A program made the position numbers and the translations under genes. Shown piece after piece: positions 30,460 through 40,419 of a stretch of 64,000 nucleotides of DNA (positions are counted from its first letter, which is position 1; each line of letters opens with the position of its first letter). The stretch comes from Chloroflexota bacterium (GTDB lineage Bacteria > Chloroflexota > Dehalococcoidia > Lucifugimonadales > JADFKI01): contig JAQBUT010000011.1 of NCBI GenBank assembly GCA_027623195.1, positions 24,650 to 88,649 on the forward strand, in the 5' to 3' direction. Below the pieces are notes generated by a model that was given only the letters and a program-made list of their open reading frames with translations, was not told the origin of the DNA and did no database searches.

Positions 30460-31050
30460 ATGATACTGCTAATAGACAACTACGATAGCTTCACGTATAA
30501 CCTGTACCAATACCTGTGTGAACTGGGCGCCGACGTGAAAGTGGTGCGTAACGACGAGATAACCATCGAGGAGATCGAGGAGATGGCGCCGGAGAAAATC
30601 GTGGTCTCTCCCGGTCCCAAGACTCCCGAGAAGGCTGGCATATCGCCCGAGGTAATCAGGCGGTTCGGCGCTAAGATACCCATGCTAGGCGTGTGCCTTG
30701 GTCACCAGTGCATAGGCTACGCCTACGGCGGCACCGTTGGCGGCGCGGGGGAGATAATGCACGGCAAGATGTCCTTGATTCACCACGACGGCAAGGGCGT
30801 ATATAAAGGCCTCCCCAACCCATTCAAGGCCATACGCTACCACTCACTGGCGGTCTATAAAGAGGATTTGCCAGACGACCTGGAGGTCTCCGCGTGGACG
30901 GACAACGGCATCGTCATGGGCGTAAGGCATAAGGAACACCCTGTGGAGGGAATCCAGTTCCACCCAGAGTCGATCATGACCGAAGTGGGCCACGATCTCC
31001 TACGAAATTTTTTGGAGAGCGGCCCGCAGGCAAACGGTGAAGACAGATGA
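30460..31050 (+). CDS. trpG: anthranilate synthase component II
   Basis: IDNYDSFTYNL, SPGP, GVCLGHQ, QFHPES. Confidence 0.95.
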   Translation: MILLIDNYDSFTYNLYQYLCELGADVKVVRNDEITIEEIEEMAPEKIVVSPGPKTPEKAGISPEVIRRFGAKIPMLGVCLGHQCIGYAYGGTVGGAGEIMHGKMSLIHHDGKGVYKGLPNPFKAIRYHSLAVYKEDLPDDLEVSAWTDNGIVMGVRHKEHPVEGIQFHPESIMTEVGHDLLRNFLESGPQANGEDR

Positions 31051-32060
31051 TTCGAGAAGCCATAGAAGCAGCCGTGGAGGGCCGTTCCCTTACAGTCGAA
31101 GAAGCCGCGCAGGCAATGGAAGAGATAATGACCGGCGAGGCCACGCCTGCGCAGTTCGGAGCCTTCGTGACGGCGTTGCGCATTAAGGGCGAGACTGTAG
31201 ACGAGATCACCGGCATGGCTCAGGTTATGCGGGAGAAGTCGTTGCACGTCAACGTCGAGGGCGCGCTGGTGGACACCTGTGGCACAGGGGGCGACGCCTC
31301 CGGCACCTTCAACATATCGACCACGGCGGCCTTTGTGGTGGCTGGCGCTGGCGTTAAGGTTGCCAAGCACGGCAATCGGGCAATGTCCGGCGCATGTGGC
31401 AGCGCAGACGTATTGGAGAGCATTGGCGTAAAGATCGACCTCGGTCCAGAAGGCGTGGAACGCTGTCTACTCGAAACGAATTTTGGCTTCATGTTTGCTC
31501 AGACTTTCCACCCGTCTATGCGATTTGCCGCAGGTCCGCGTCGGGAGATTGGCATACGGACGGTATTCAACATCCTTGGGCCTCTTACCAATCCGGCGGG
31601 AGCCCAGTCACAGGTCATAGGCGTGGCAGACCCTGCTGTAGCCGATAAGATGGCGCAGGTCCTCGCCAAGTTGGGCAGCACTCACGCGCTGGTGGTGCAT
31701 GGCGGCGATGGCCTGGACGAGATTTCCCTTAGCGGCCCGACACAGGTTTGGGAGATGCAAGGCGGCGTTGTCACTGAGAAGTCTATAAGTCCAGCCGATG
31801 TGGGTTTGTCTTCGTCGCCAACGTCGGCTATTCAGGCAGGCGGCGTGGAAGAGAGCGCGCGGATATTGCGTGAAGTTTTGGCCGGCAAGACCGGACCAGC
31901 GAGAGACATAGTGCTGATAAATGCAGCGGCGGCTTTGCTTGCTGCAGATAAAGTGTCGTCCCTTGCAGACGGAGTTAGGGTTGCAGCCGAAGCCATCGAT
32001 AGCGGCAATGCACAGGCCAGCATGGAGAGCTTCGTGAAGCTGAGTCAGAGCCTGGAATAG
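31047..32060 (+). CDS. trpD: anthranilate phosphoribosyltransferase
   Basis: DTCGTGGD, NIST, AKHGNR, GSADVLE, FNILGPLTNP. Confidence 0.97.
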   Translation: MIREAIEAAVEGRSLTVEEAAQAMEEIMTGEATPAQFGAFVTALRIKGETVDEITGMAQVMREKSLHVNVEGALVDTCGTGGDASGTFNISTTAAFVVAGAGVKVAKHGNRAMSGACGSADVLESIGVKIDLGPEGVERCLLETNFGFMFAQTFHPSMRFAAGPRREIGIRTVFNILGPLTNPAGAQSQVIGVADPAVADKMAQVLAKLGSTHALVVHGGDGLDEISLSGPTQVWEMQGGVVTEKSISPADVGLSSSPTSAIQAGGVEESARILREVLAGKTGPARDIVLINAAAALLAADKVSSLADGVRVAAEAIDSGNAQASMESFVKLSQSLE

Positions 32061-32112
32061 TCGGGGTTTAAGGTTTCGGTACGACTTCCGAAAACCAGCT
32101 AAGAGGAATGAA

Positions 32113-32928
32113 TTGGTACAAGGCGGCACCCCGGACATTCTGAAAAAAATCGTCGGCGTAAAGCGAGTCGAGGTGGAGCGTCTCAAAATCGAGATGCCCC
32201 TGGCCGAGTTGCAACGTCGTATTGCAGCACGCCAGCCTGCCCTGGACTTTGCCGACGCGCTTCGTGGCGACCCCGCTGACCCCACGGACAAGGTAAAGAT
32301 AATTGCTGAGGTCAAAAAGGCCTCGCCATCAAAAGGCCTTCTGCGGGCTGATTTCGATGCGGTGGACCTGGCAAAGACCTACGTAGCCAACGGCGCTGCG
32401 GCTATCTCCGTCCTCACGGAAGTAGACCACTTTCAGGGCAGCATCGATTACATGGCTGCCGTTCAGGAGGTAGCATATCCGCATAACGTTCCTGTACTGC
32501 GCAAAGAGTTTATCTTCGATACGTACCAAGTCTACGAGGCCCGCGCCTATGGGGCCGACGCCCTGTTGCTCATCGTGGCAATGCTATCACCGGAATGTCT
32601 GGTAGAGCTTTTTGACCTAAGTGGTTCGCTGGGTATGCAGTGCCTCGTGGAAGTCCATGACGAGTCTGAGGTAGATGTGGCGCTAAAGGCAGGCGCTGAC
32701 GTAGTTGGGATAAACAACCGCGACCTCAGGACCTTCATTACAGACCTGTCCGTGACCGAGCGGTTGGCAACCCGCGTTCCCTCCGATAAAATAATAATTA
32801 GCGAGAGTGGTATCAACAGTCCGAAAGACCTGGTAAGGGTTCAGGCGGCTGGAGCCAACGCGGCGCTTATAGGCGAGGCTCTGGTGACGGCATCGGACGT
32901 GGGCGCAAAGCTTAGGGAGCTTGCATGA
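32113..32928 (+). CDS. trpC: indole-3-glycerol phosphate synthase
   Basis: IIAEVKKASPSKG, ISVLTE, GINNRDL, SESGI. Confidence 0.96.
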   Translation: MVQGGTPDILKKIVGVKRVEVERLKIEMPLAELQRRIAARQPALDFADALRGDPADPTDKVKIIAEVKKASPSKGLLRADFDAVDLAKTYVANGAAAISVLTEVDHFQGSIDYMAAVQEVAYPHNVPVLRKEFIFDTYQVYEARAYGADALLLIVAMLSPECLVELFDLSGSLGMQCLVEVHDESEVDVALKAGADVVGINNRDLRTFITDLSVTERLATRVPSDKIIISESGINSPKDLVRVQAAGANAALIGEALVTASDVGAKLRELA

Positions 32929-33587
32929 CCGAATTTAAGATATGTGGCCTAAGGACGCTGGAAGATGCGTTGGCAGCAGCTGACGCCGGCGCGTCGTTTT
33001 TGGGATTTGTTTTCGTTCCGGGCGTGCGTAGGCAAATAGACGAGGAGTTGGCTTCCGAGATTATCCAGGAAGTCAAAAAGCACACGGGTTCGGACGGACC
33101 ACGTATCGTAGGCTTGTTTGCAAACCAGCCTTTGCCTGACGTAAATCGCATCGTCGGCAAATGCAATCTGGATTTCGCTCAACTCTGTGGCGACGAGCCA
33201 CCTGACTACTGGGATAACGTCGAGGCCTGGGTCATCAAGATGCTGAAGGTGGCAGACGACGGCCCCAAGGAAAAGCTGGTGGCAGGCCTTCGCAAGCATA
33301 TCGAGGATGCGGTGAGTCGCATGCACCTGTGCTTGCTGGATAAGTACACCGCCGGGGCCCTGGGAGGCACTGGCAAGTCCTTCGACTGGAACATCGCTGC
33401 GGAGATTGCCAGACATTACCGCATCATACTGGCAGGCGGGCTTACGCCCAAGAACGTCCGCGAGGCCATGTCGACGGCTGGACCCTGGGGCGTCGACGTA
33501 TCCACGGGCGTCGAGACCGACGGGGTCAAGGACATCGAGAAGATTAAGGCGTTTGGCAACACCGTCCGCGCATTTGGCGCTGCCTAG
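32925..33587 (+). CDS. trpF: phosphoribosylanthranilate isomerase
   Basis: KICGL, GGTGKSFDW, LAGGL, VDVSTGVE. Confidence 0.95.
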   Translation: MTEFKICGLRTLEDALAAADAGASFLGFVFVPGVRRQIDEELASEIIQEVKKHTGSDGPRIVGLFANQPLPDVNRIVGKCNLDFAQLCGDEPPDYWDNVEAWVIKMLKVADDGPKEKLVAGLRKHIEDAVSRMHLCLLDKYTAGALGGTGKSFDWNIAAEIARHYRIILAGGLTPKNVREAMSTAGPWGVDVSTGVETDGVKDIEKIKAFGNTVRAFGAA

Positions 33588-33669
33588 CCGAAATCCTTTC
33601 GGATATACGGCTCATCTGATTGCCAAAAGCAGGGTCTGCTGAGGCCCCCCGAATTGGAGACACCCTTAC

Positions 33670-34176
33670 ATGGCAAAGCCGATACGTCTGAAGACCCACC
33701 GTGTTCGAATCAATGCTCCCCGCGAACTCCTCTATCAGATGATGTCGTCCTTTGGACGTGGCCGCCTCGCAGGCGACAACAACGAGTCCTCAGAGGTTAT
33801 CTCACGTGAAGGCGACACACTGGTCGTAAAGTTCCGCACCAAAGCGGGGCCCATCTCCTACGACACTGTGGAAGAAGTTACCCTGGAGCCGCCGAGTCGC
33901 ATAACCTTCCGGCATATGTCCGGACCCCTTCACCACGCCTGGGAAGAGTTTGTCTTTGAAGAAATTACTGAGTTCGAGATGGAACTGGTCCACGACGGTG
34001 AATTCATCTGGAAGCGGTTCCCGTTTTTCGGATGGTTTGGCGGCATGATCTACACCAAGCCCACCTTCGAGCGCGTGCTGACGAAACACATGGCCCAGAT
34101 CAAAGAGTCCGCCGAAGCCAGGGCCGCCCGTAGCCGGGTGTTTCCACGACCCCCTGCGGACACTGGCCGCGCTTAG
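33670..34176 (+). CDS. SRPBCC/START-like protein
   Basis: INAPRELLYQ...RITFRHMSGP pattern. Confidence 0.7.
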   Translation: MAKPIRLKTHRVRINAPRELLYQMMSSFGRGRLAGDNNESSEVISREGDTLVVKFRTKAGPISYDTVEEVTLEPPSRITFRHMSGPLHHAWEEFVFEEITEFEMELVHDGEFIWKRFPFFGWFGGMIYTKPTFERVLTKHMAQIKESAEARAARSRVFPRPPADTGRA

Positions 34177-35240
34177 GCCGTCCTGACCGCCTTGGTCACT
34201 GCAGTGGACGAGACCTTCGGCCCCCAACTGGGAATTACACCGCACATGGTCTTTTCTGCGCCGCCCGCGAATACTACCAGGATATCCTTAGGGCTTGCTA
34301 TCAGCGGCAGCAGCGTTGTCTCATCCTCCGGTGTTATATCGCCCTTGATCTCCGCCGCACGCTTCAGGTCGGCCACGGAGCGTTTCATCTTGCCGTGAAC
34401 CGTCCGCTTAACGTCGGCCTTGCTCCAGCCGTCCCACACGCTGCTCTCGCCGGATATCACCAGGGTGAGCTCACCTTGTCGTACTACGGCGCTATAGTCG
34501 TTGGTGGAGCCAACAGTGGAAAGTGACGTGCCGAGGGTGCTTGCAACGTCGGCCACAGTTGTGAGTATATTCTCGGGGTCTCCGCTGGTCCGGGCCTGTC
34601 GCGGTCCGTCACATGCGAAAACAGTTACGGTGCTCTGCTCTGCTGAGAAGCCGCGCTCCACGTGAAGCGGAGTCCAGTGCGTCTCCGTCTCGGCCTCCGC
34701 GATGCAGTAGCTGTACTTGCCGGGGTGGCCAAGCACGCTGCGATCGAACAGGCCTGGTATGGCTGCACAGGCGTTCATTAGAATGAGCCTTACTGCCCTG
34801 CCTATAGTGGCATTGGCTCTATTCCCTGGCCCGAACAGGTTGTTCCTGGAATTGATGTTCAGCTCTCGCGTCACGGGCCCGTTGACGATGACCATGATGG
34901 CGGAGCCGCCAAGGCTGGACGATGGGCCAACCAGGTTGAACAGCGGGTCCAGCATGGCCTCGGAAGCGGCCAGCACCACCGGGAAGTACTCCGGCCTGCA
35001 GCCCGCCATGACGGCGTTGGCCGCGATCTTGCCTACCGTGATCTCCCGACGACGTTCCGGCAGGGTGCCGACTACCTCATCGGCTGGCCTGCCTCCGATT
35101 TCGAGGAACTGCCCTACCCGCTCCTCGGTGGGAGGCACAACCGGCAGGCCATCGGTCCAGCCCAACTCGTAAATCTGCTCAATAGCGTCGACAGGATCGT
35201 CCCATTCGATGCTGCGGGCGTCATTGGAACCGGTACTCAT
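34173..35240 (-). CDS. conserved hypothetical protein (WTDGLPVVPPT / AVMAGC / GNRANATIGRA family)
   Basis: recognisable conserved motifs, function unknown. Confidence 0.8.
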   Translation of the reverse strand: MSTGSNDARSIEWDDPVDAIEQIYELGWTDGLPVVPPTEERVGQFLEIGGRPADEVVGTLPERRREITVGKIAANAVMAGCRPEYFPVVLAASEAMLDPLFNLVGPSSSLGGSAIMVIVNGPVTRELNINSRNNLFGPGNRANATIGRAVRLILMNACAAIPGLFDRSVLGHPGKYSYCIAEAETETHWTPLHVERGFSAEQSTVTVFACDGPRQARTSGDPENILTTVADVASTLGTSLSTVGSTNDYSAVVRQGELTLVISGESSVWDGWSKADVKRTVHGKMKRSVADLKRAAEIKGDITPEDETTLLPLIASPKDILVVFAGGAEKTMCGVIPSWGPKVSSTAVTKAVRTA

Positions 35241-35420
35241 GGCTGAACCTCTCAATGCGACATTCTTGGGTAACCAAGCAAAGCTAGCACAAGGTCAGAG
35301 ACAGGTCAACGAGAGCCGCCGGTAGCCGCCTTGACAGTGCTATGAGGCATGCCATAGGCTGTCGGGCGACCGTCCCAAAGTGGGGGTCATATAGCTGTAA
35401 ATATGAGAGGAGTCCTTCCA

Positions 35421-35819
35421 ATGGCTTTTGCATTTGAGCACGTGCATCTAAAGGCGCGAGACCCTGAGAAGACCGCGAACTGGTACGTTGAGGCGTTCAA
35501 CTTCACTATAGTCAACGACAGAGGCGTTCGCCCTTCAGGTGACCGCTTCATTGAGTGCAACACGGCAGACGGGGTAATCATAAGGATATCCGGAGCCCGC
35601 ACCGGTGAGGATATGGGACCTGGCAATGCCAATGTCCACTACGGTCTGGAGCACTTCGGTATCACCGTGGATGATATGGACTCGGAGCTGGAACGACTAA
35701 AAGCCCTGGGCGCTGTTGTCGATGAAGGCCCCAAAGACGGCGGTCGGCCTGGAAGCAAGGTTGCCTTCATCAAGACCCCTGACGATGTTCGCATTGAGGT
35801 TATGCAGCTAGGTAGCTAG
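35421..35819 (+). CDS. VOC/glyoxalase family protein
   Basis: FEHVHL, GLEHFG, AFIKTPDDVRIE. Confidence 0.88.
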   Translation: MAFAFEHVHLKARDPEKTANWYVEAFNFTIVNDRGVRPSGDRFIECNTADGVIIRISGARTGEDMGPGNANVHYGLEHFGITVDDMDSELERLKALGAVVDEGPKDGGRPGSKVAFIKTPDDVRIEVMQLGS

Positions 35820-35855
35820 CTGAGGGATCGACCAAACGTTATTTTAGGAGTTTGA

Positions 35856-36386
35856 ATGATAGATCGAATATTGGGTGCGCTGCGGCTGAACCCTCACACC
35901 TTTGAGGAAGTGGAGGCCGACACCAGCGCGACGAAGCAGGCGGCTTTCGTTGTTATTATCGTCGCCATAGCTACAGGTATTGGTGGGATAGGTGGTGGCC
36001 CGCTTGGCTTCATAATGGGCATCGTCTCGGGCCTAATTTTCTGGGCGGCCTGGGCCTTCCTGACTTTCATCATCGGGACGACCATACTCAAGACACCTGA
36101 GACGCATGCGAACTGGTCGCAACTGGCTAGAACGACGGGCTTTGCCCAGGCTCCCGGCATCTTGAAGCTGTTTGGTTTCATTCCGGTGTTGGGCGGCATT
36201 ATTGTCTTCATAGCCTCGGTGTGGCAATTGGTAGCCATGGTAATCGCTGTTAGACACGCATTGGATTACACGTCCACGATTAGAGCCGTGGCCGTTGTGA
36301 TTATAGGTTGGATAGTCGTTATGATAATCGTCGGTTTGTTTGCGGTCACTTTTGGCGGTGCCCTAATCGCCGCCGGAGGGCCATAG
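35856..36386 (+). CDS. YIP1-like membrane protein
   Basis: multi-TM; FEEVEAD...RTTGFAQAPG...AVRHALDY. Confidence 0.75.
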   Translation: MIDRILGALRLNPHTFEEVEADTSATKQAAFVVIIVAIATGIGGIGGGPLGFIMGIVSGLIFWAAWAFLTFIIGTTILKTPETHANWSQLARTTGFAQAPGILKLFGFIPVLGGIIVFIASVWQLVAMVIAVRHALDYTSTIRAVAVVIIGWIVVMIIVGLFAVTFGGALIAAGGP

Positions 36387-36409
36387 ACGAAACATGGGAG
36401 CGAAATAAA

Positions 36410-36793
36410 TTGGCAAGACAGACTTTCTTTTCCAATCCAGACAAAAAGCCGTCAGGATTCTCCCCTGCCACCAGGGTCGGCAACCAGGTATTCATCTCGG
36501 GCCACGTCTCCGTTGACGCCGAGGGTAATGTCGTTGGCGTTGGCGACGCTGGCGCTCAGTCCGAGCAGTGCTTCAGGAATATCGAAGCTGCCCTTACGGC
36601 CGCTGGCGCCACGTGGGGCGACGTAACGAAGATAACCTGCTTCATGCTGCACCGGGAGGACTACCCCGCCTACGCTGCGGTACGGCTGAGGTACTTCCCT
36701 GAGAACGGGCCTGCCAGTAGCACGGTGTTCATTCCCGGGCTGGTCCGGCCCGAATACCTCATCGAAATAGAGGCCACGGCGGTATTGGGGTAG
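36410..36793 (+). CDS. RidA/YjgF-family protein
   Basis: FSPATRVGNQVFISG, PASST, IEIEATA; TTG start inferred. Confidence 0.9.
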   Translation: MARQTFFSNPDKKPSGFSPATRVGNQVFISGHVSVDAEGNVVGVGDAGAQSEQCFRNIEAALTAAGATWGDVTKITCFMLHREDYPAYAAVRLRYFPENGPASSTVFIPGLVRPEYLIEIEATAVLG

Positions 36794-36871
36794 GCAATTG
36801 TTGTGCGCAGAGGTACAGGTCAGAACAAACTTTAACTGGGAAAATGGATTTATCCCGGATTAGGTGGAAAC

Positions 36872-37219
36872 ATGACAGACGAAGACTGCATCTTTTGCAA
36901 GATTAACGCTGGGGACATTCCCAGCGAAAAGCTTTTTGAGGACGACGACTGCTTCGCAATTCGAGACATCGCGCCCAAGGCGCCGACGCACCTGCTGGTC
37001 ATACCCAAGGAGCACTTCACCTATTTGACGGGAATGACGGCAGGGTTTCAGCCCGTCATTGGCAGTATGTATAACGCTGCGCGACAGTTGGCCATATCCG
37101 AGGGCGTTGCGGAGCCTGGCTACAGGCTGATCGTCAATCAGCGGGACGATTCGGGCCAGGAGGTGCCGCACCTGCATATGCACCTGCTGGGTGGACGCAA
37201 GCTTGGCCCCATGGGCTAG
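36872..37219 (+). CDS. histidine triad (HIT) nucleotide-binding protein
   Basis: CIFCKI, DIAPKAPTH, QEVPHLHMH. Confidence 0.94.
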   Translation: MTDEDCIFCKINAGDIPSEKLFEDDDCFAIRDIAPKAPTHLLVIPKEHFTYLTGMTAGFQPVIGSMYNAARQLAISEGVAEPGYRLIVNQRDDSGQEVPHLHMHLLGGRKLGPMG

Positions 37220-37247
37220 GTCTAATGGCCAAGTGAATGGATGAACG

Positions 37248-37285
37248 AAAAGAGGGCTTCCCAAGATCGGGAAGCCCTCTTTTTT
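37248..37285. terminator. intrinsic terminator
   Basis: AAAAGAGGGCTTCCC-loop-GGGAAGCCCTCTTTTTT. Confidence 0.85.
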
Positions 37286-37345
37286 GCTTGGAAGCTGGTT
37301 CGCAACGATAATACCGGGCCTTGCATAGAAAGCTATTGGACACCT

Positions 37346-37407
37346 GTGGTTCGACAGGCTCACCACGAGCGTTGGGGTAGAATCCTGGTCACTCAAAGCT
37401 TGTCGAA
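37346..37407. repeat. REP-like element, copy 2
   Basis: GTGGTTCGACAGGCTCACCACGAGCG...AGCTTGTCGAA. Confidence 0.75.
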
Positions 37408-37452
37408 TGATTGGCGGCGAAAAATTCTACTTTTTGCGAAGAGGAAAGGATG

Positions 37453-38340
37453 CTATACGGGCATTTCCCGCTTCGTGTGCGCCCTGCCGATCTTGGCTGC
37501 CTCTTCGTTGTTTCCTGCGATTACCATGACACCTTCGTCGATCATATCAGTCACGTCGGCTGGAGTGACCGAGTTGAGGAAGAACAGGCCAGCTTTTTCG
37601 CACGCGGACTTGATGCGATTACGGGCCGCCGTAAGCTCAGGAGGCATCTGGTCCTTGGGTGGTAGGTGCTTGTAGCCGTGCACCAGACTCATGTCGCCGG
37701 GACCCCATTCCGCGAAGGCAATGCCTGGAATTTGCGTGCTCAACTCCACGTTGGACAGCGCTCGCTTGTTCTCGATCTTGAGGCCCAAGAGCATCTCGCC
37801 ATTGGGATTTAGCGGCCATGGGTCTGCCTTGTCCAGGTAATCGTCGCCTGAAATGCCCCAGACTTCGCCAGCCTGGTTTTGCCCGCCAGCGCCGCGATGA
37901 CCCTCGCCCAGGTTTTGGTCTACGCCGATCTTGTTGATGGGGTATCGGCAAGACTCAACAAACGCTCGGACCGCTCCGGGATTCTCCGCGTGGCAAAGGA
38001 GGATTCCATGCACGCCCCTGGAAAGGATCTGCCGGAACTGCCACGCATTTGCCCTGACAACCTCAGCGCTACCGCCGTCGACAGGAACTTCCACGATTAC
38101 AGCGGGAGTGCGGTGGCCGCTGTTGGTGGGCCCACCGTCGATTAGGCCTCGCATGAACTGGTCTAGCCCGGCCATGTCGAAGGCGCCATGCTCCATACCA
38201 ACGTTGATATAGTCGGCCCACGTTTTGGACATCTTAAGGCCCTCTTCGTAGTTCAGCACCGCCCCCGAATGCGCCCCGGTGTAATAGATAGGCTGGCCCT
38301 GTTCCAGAAGTTCGATCATCTTGTTTATTCTTTTTGGCAT
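37453..38340 (-). CDS. HpcH/HpaI aldolase-family protein
   Basis: MEHGAFD, KIEN, WGPGDMSL. Confidence 0.85.
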   Translation of the reverse strand: MPKRINKMIELLEQGQPIYYTGAHSGAVLNYEEGLKMSKTWADYINVGMEHGAFDMAGLDQFMRGLIDGGPTNSGHRTPAVIVEVPVDGGSAEVVRANAWQFRQILSRGVHGILLCHAENPGAVRAFVESCRYPINKIGVDQNLGEGHRGAGGQNQAGEVWGISGDDYLDKADPWPLNPNGEMLLGLKIENKRALSNVELSTQIPGIAFAEWGPGDMSLVHGYKHLPPKDQMPPELTAARNRIKSACEKAGLFFLNSVTPADVTDMIDEGVMVIAGNNEEAAKIGRAHTKREMPV

Positions 38341-38424
38341 ATTATTTCCTCTCGGCTTTTCGTCATTCCTTTGTTCGGGGAGTTTACCCCAATTCCGATT
38401 TGACGCCAACTGTCTCGCCGAAGT

Positions 38425-38928
38425 TCAGCGGGCCGGTACGACCTCGCGGATTTCCACGGTTACGTCGCCCGCGTCCAGCGTCAGTATGGCAATAGTCGCC
38501 GGCACCATAAAGGACGCGTAGGCCTGGCCTGGATTTACGAACAGCACGCCGTCTTTGGTCTCGTTTACTGGCACATGCAGGTGGCCGTAGAGGATGATGT
38601 CTACCGGCTCAGGGAAATCTGGGAGCAGCGCCTCGGGCTCGAATTCGGGGCCGCCCCAGGCCGGGTGTATCACCCCGACGCGCTTGCCCTCCACTTCGAT
38701 TACCTCCACGTAAGGGATGGCGTTGCGCAGGTTCACAGGGTCCGTGTTGCCATGCACTACCACGGAGCGTTTGGCCTCCTGCTTGAAGCCTTCGACCACG
38801 TCCATTCGGACGAAGTCCCCGCAGTGGACGGCGATATCAGCCTCAGCGACGGCCTGTCGAATATCCGGATGCACTTCGTCCCATTTGTGGAAGTGGGTAT
38901 CGGAGATGACTACTATTTTAGTGCTCAT
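38425..38928 (-). CDS. YfcE-like metallophosphoesterase
   Basis: ISDTH, HCGD, VHGNTD, GHLH, VNPG. Confidence 0.9.
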   Translation of the reverse strand: MSTKIVVISDTHFHKWDEVHPDIRQAVAEADIAVHCGDFVRMDVVEGFKQEAKRSVVVHGNTDPVNLRNAIPYVEVIEVEGKRVGVIHPAWGGPEFEPEALLPDFPEPVDIILYGHLHVPVNETKDGVLFVNPGQAYASFMVPATIAILTLDAGDVTVEIREVVPAR

Positions 38929-39094
38929 GCAGCGCGGATTTTAGCATACGTTGACCTATGATTCGCCGCCGGGCGAAGCCGATTTAAATATATGTCCTTC
39001 GTTTCTGTAATCGGTCTACTTGAGGGATTGACCTTTGTGCTACAATGCCGCCGTTAATTTATGGATATTTGGGCCATTGCGTCGGAGGCTGTTG

Positions 39095-40345
39095 ATGTTT
39101 TCTAAAGGTTCTGTGAAGGTAGACGGACCCCTGAAGGGCGTTAAAGTCCTGGACTGGACCGTGTGGCAGTTTGGGCCTGTTTCTACTGCCATGATGGCAG
39201 ACATGGGCGCGGATGTCATCAAAATAGAGTCGCTGGACGGCGACTCGGGCCGGGGGCTGTGGAGGGCGTCCAGCCTGACCATGGACCTTGGTGGCGGACG
39301 CAACGCCTACTTTGAGACGACAAACCGCGGCAAGCGCGGTATGGCAATAAATTTCAAGACCGAAGAGGGACGTGAGATCGCATACAAGCTGGTGAAGGAT
39401 GCCGATGTTTTCGTGCAGAACTTCCGCCAGGGTGTGGCCGAGCGGCTAGGTATGGGTTACGAAAAACTCAGCGAGATCAACCCAATGCTGGTTTATGGTT
39501 CGGCTAACGGCTATGGCCCGAATGGTCCCGATTCTCACCTGCCTTCCTTCGACGGTTGCGGACAGGCCAGAAGCGGCCTGATGGTCTCCGCATCCGACCC
39601 CAAGGCTGAATACCCTACTCGCATCACTCAGGGCGTGTCCGACCAGATAGGCGCCATTATCCTGTGCCAGGGAGTCCTCGCGGCGCTGGTATGCAGGCAC
39701 ATTCAAGGCAAAGGCCAGAAGGTAGATACCTCTCACTTGAGCGCGAACATGTGGCTCCAGGGCATGGGCATGACAATGTCCTTGCTAAACAACGGTCGCA
39801 GCTTCCAGTCCTATGACCGGGAAGCCCCCACCAACCCATTGTCGAACCTATACAAGGGGTCGGACGGCAGGTGCATTCAGATGATGCACCTGCAGCCTGA
39901 CCAATACTGGGAACCCCTCGCTCGTGTGATGGGCCTAGAGCACCTTGTGGGCGATCCCAAATTTAGTGACATGGCGGCTCGCGCCGAAAACTCAGTGGAG
40001 CTGGTTAAGATCATTGACGAGGTCTTCGCCACTAAGACAGCTGACGAGTGGGACGAGGCTTTCCGAGCGTCGGGAACGGACTTCATCTACGCCAAAGTGC
40101 AAAGCGTGGAGGAGTTGGTGGACGACCCGCAGGTGATCGCCAATGACTACATAACGGAATTCGAGCATCCTGTGCTCGGCTCTGTTAAAATGTGCAATCA
40201 TCCCAACATATACAGCGAAACGCCTGCGGGAATCTGGCGGGAAGCCCCTGAACTTGGGCAACATACCGAAGAGATTCTCATTGATCAGCTGGGATACGAT
40301 TGGGATGATATACAGAATCTCCGGGAGGCCGGAGCAATACTTTAA
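39095..40345 (+). CDS. family III CoA-transferase (CaiB/BaiF)
   Basis: PLKGVKVLD, GADVIKIE, NRGKR, QNFRQG, APELGQHT. Confidence 0.94.
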   Translation: MFSKGSVKVDGPLKGVKVLDWTVWQFGPVSTAMMADMGADVIKIESLDGDSGRGLWRASSLTMDLGGGRNAYFETTNRGKRGMAINFKTEEGREIAYKLVKDADVFVQNFRQGVAERLGMGYEKLSEINPMLVYGSANGYGPNGPDSHLPSFDGCGQARSGLMVSASDPKAEYPTRITQGVSDQIGAIILCQGVLAALVCRHIQGKGQKVDTSHLSANMWLQGMGMTMSLLNNGRSFQSYDREAPTNPLSNLYKGSDGRCIQMMHLQPDQYWEPLARVMGLEHLVGDPKFSDMAARAENSVELVKIIDEVFATKTADEWDEAFRASGTDFIYAKVQSVEELVDDPQVIANDYITEFEHPVLGSVKMCNHPNIYSETPAGIWREAPELGQHTEEILIDQLGYDWDDIQNLREAGAIL

Positions 40346-40419
40346 GAGCGTAATTATTTCGCTAAGGTGAGCCATGTGCTTACCCATATCCGGTATTCCA
40401 AAAACACTTAGGAGGAGCG

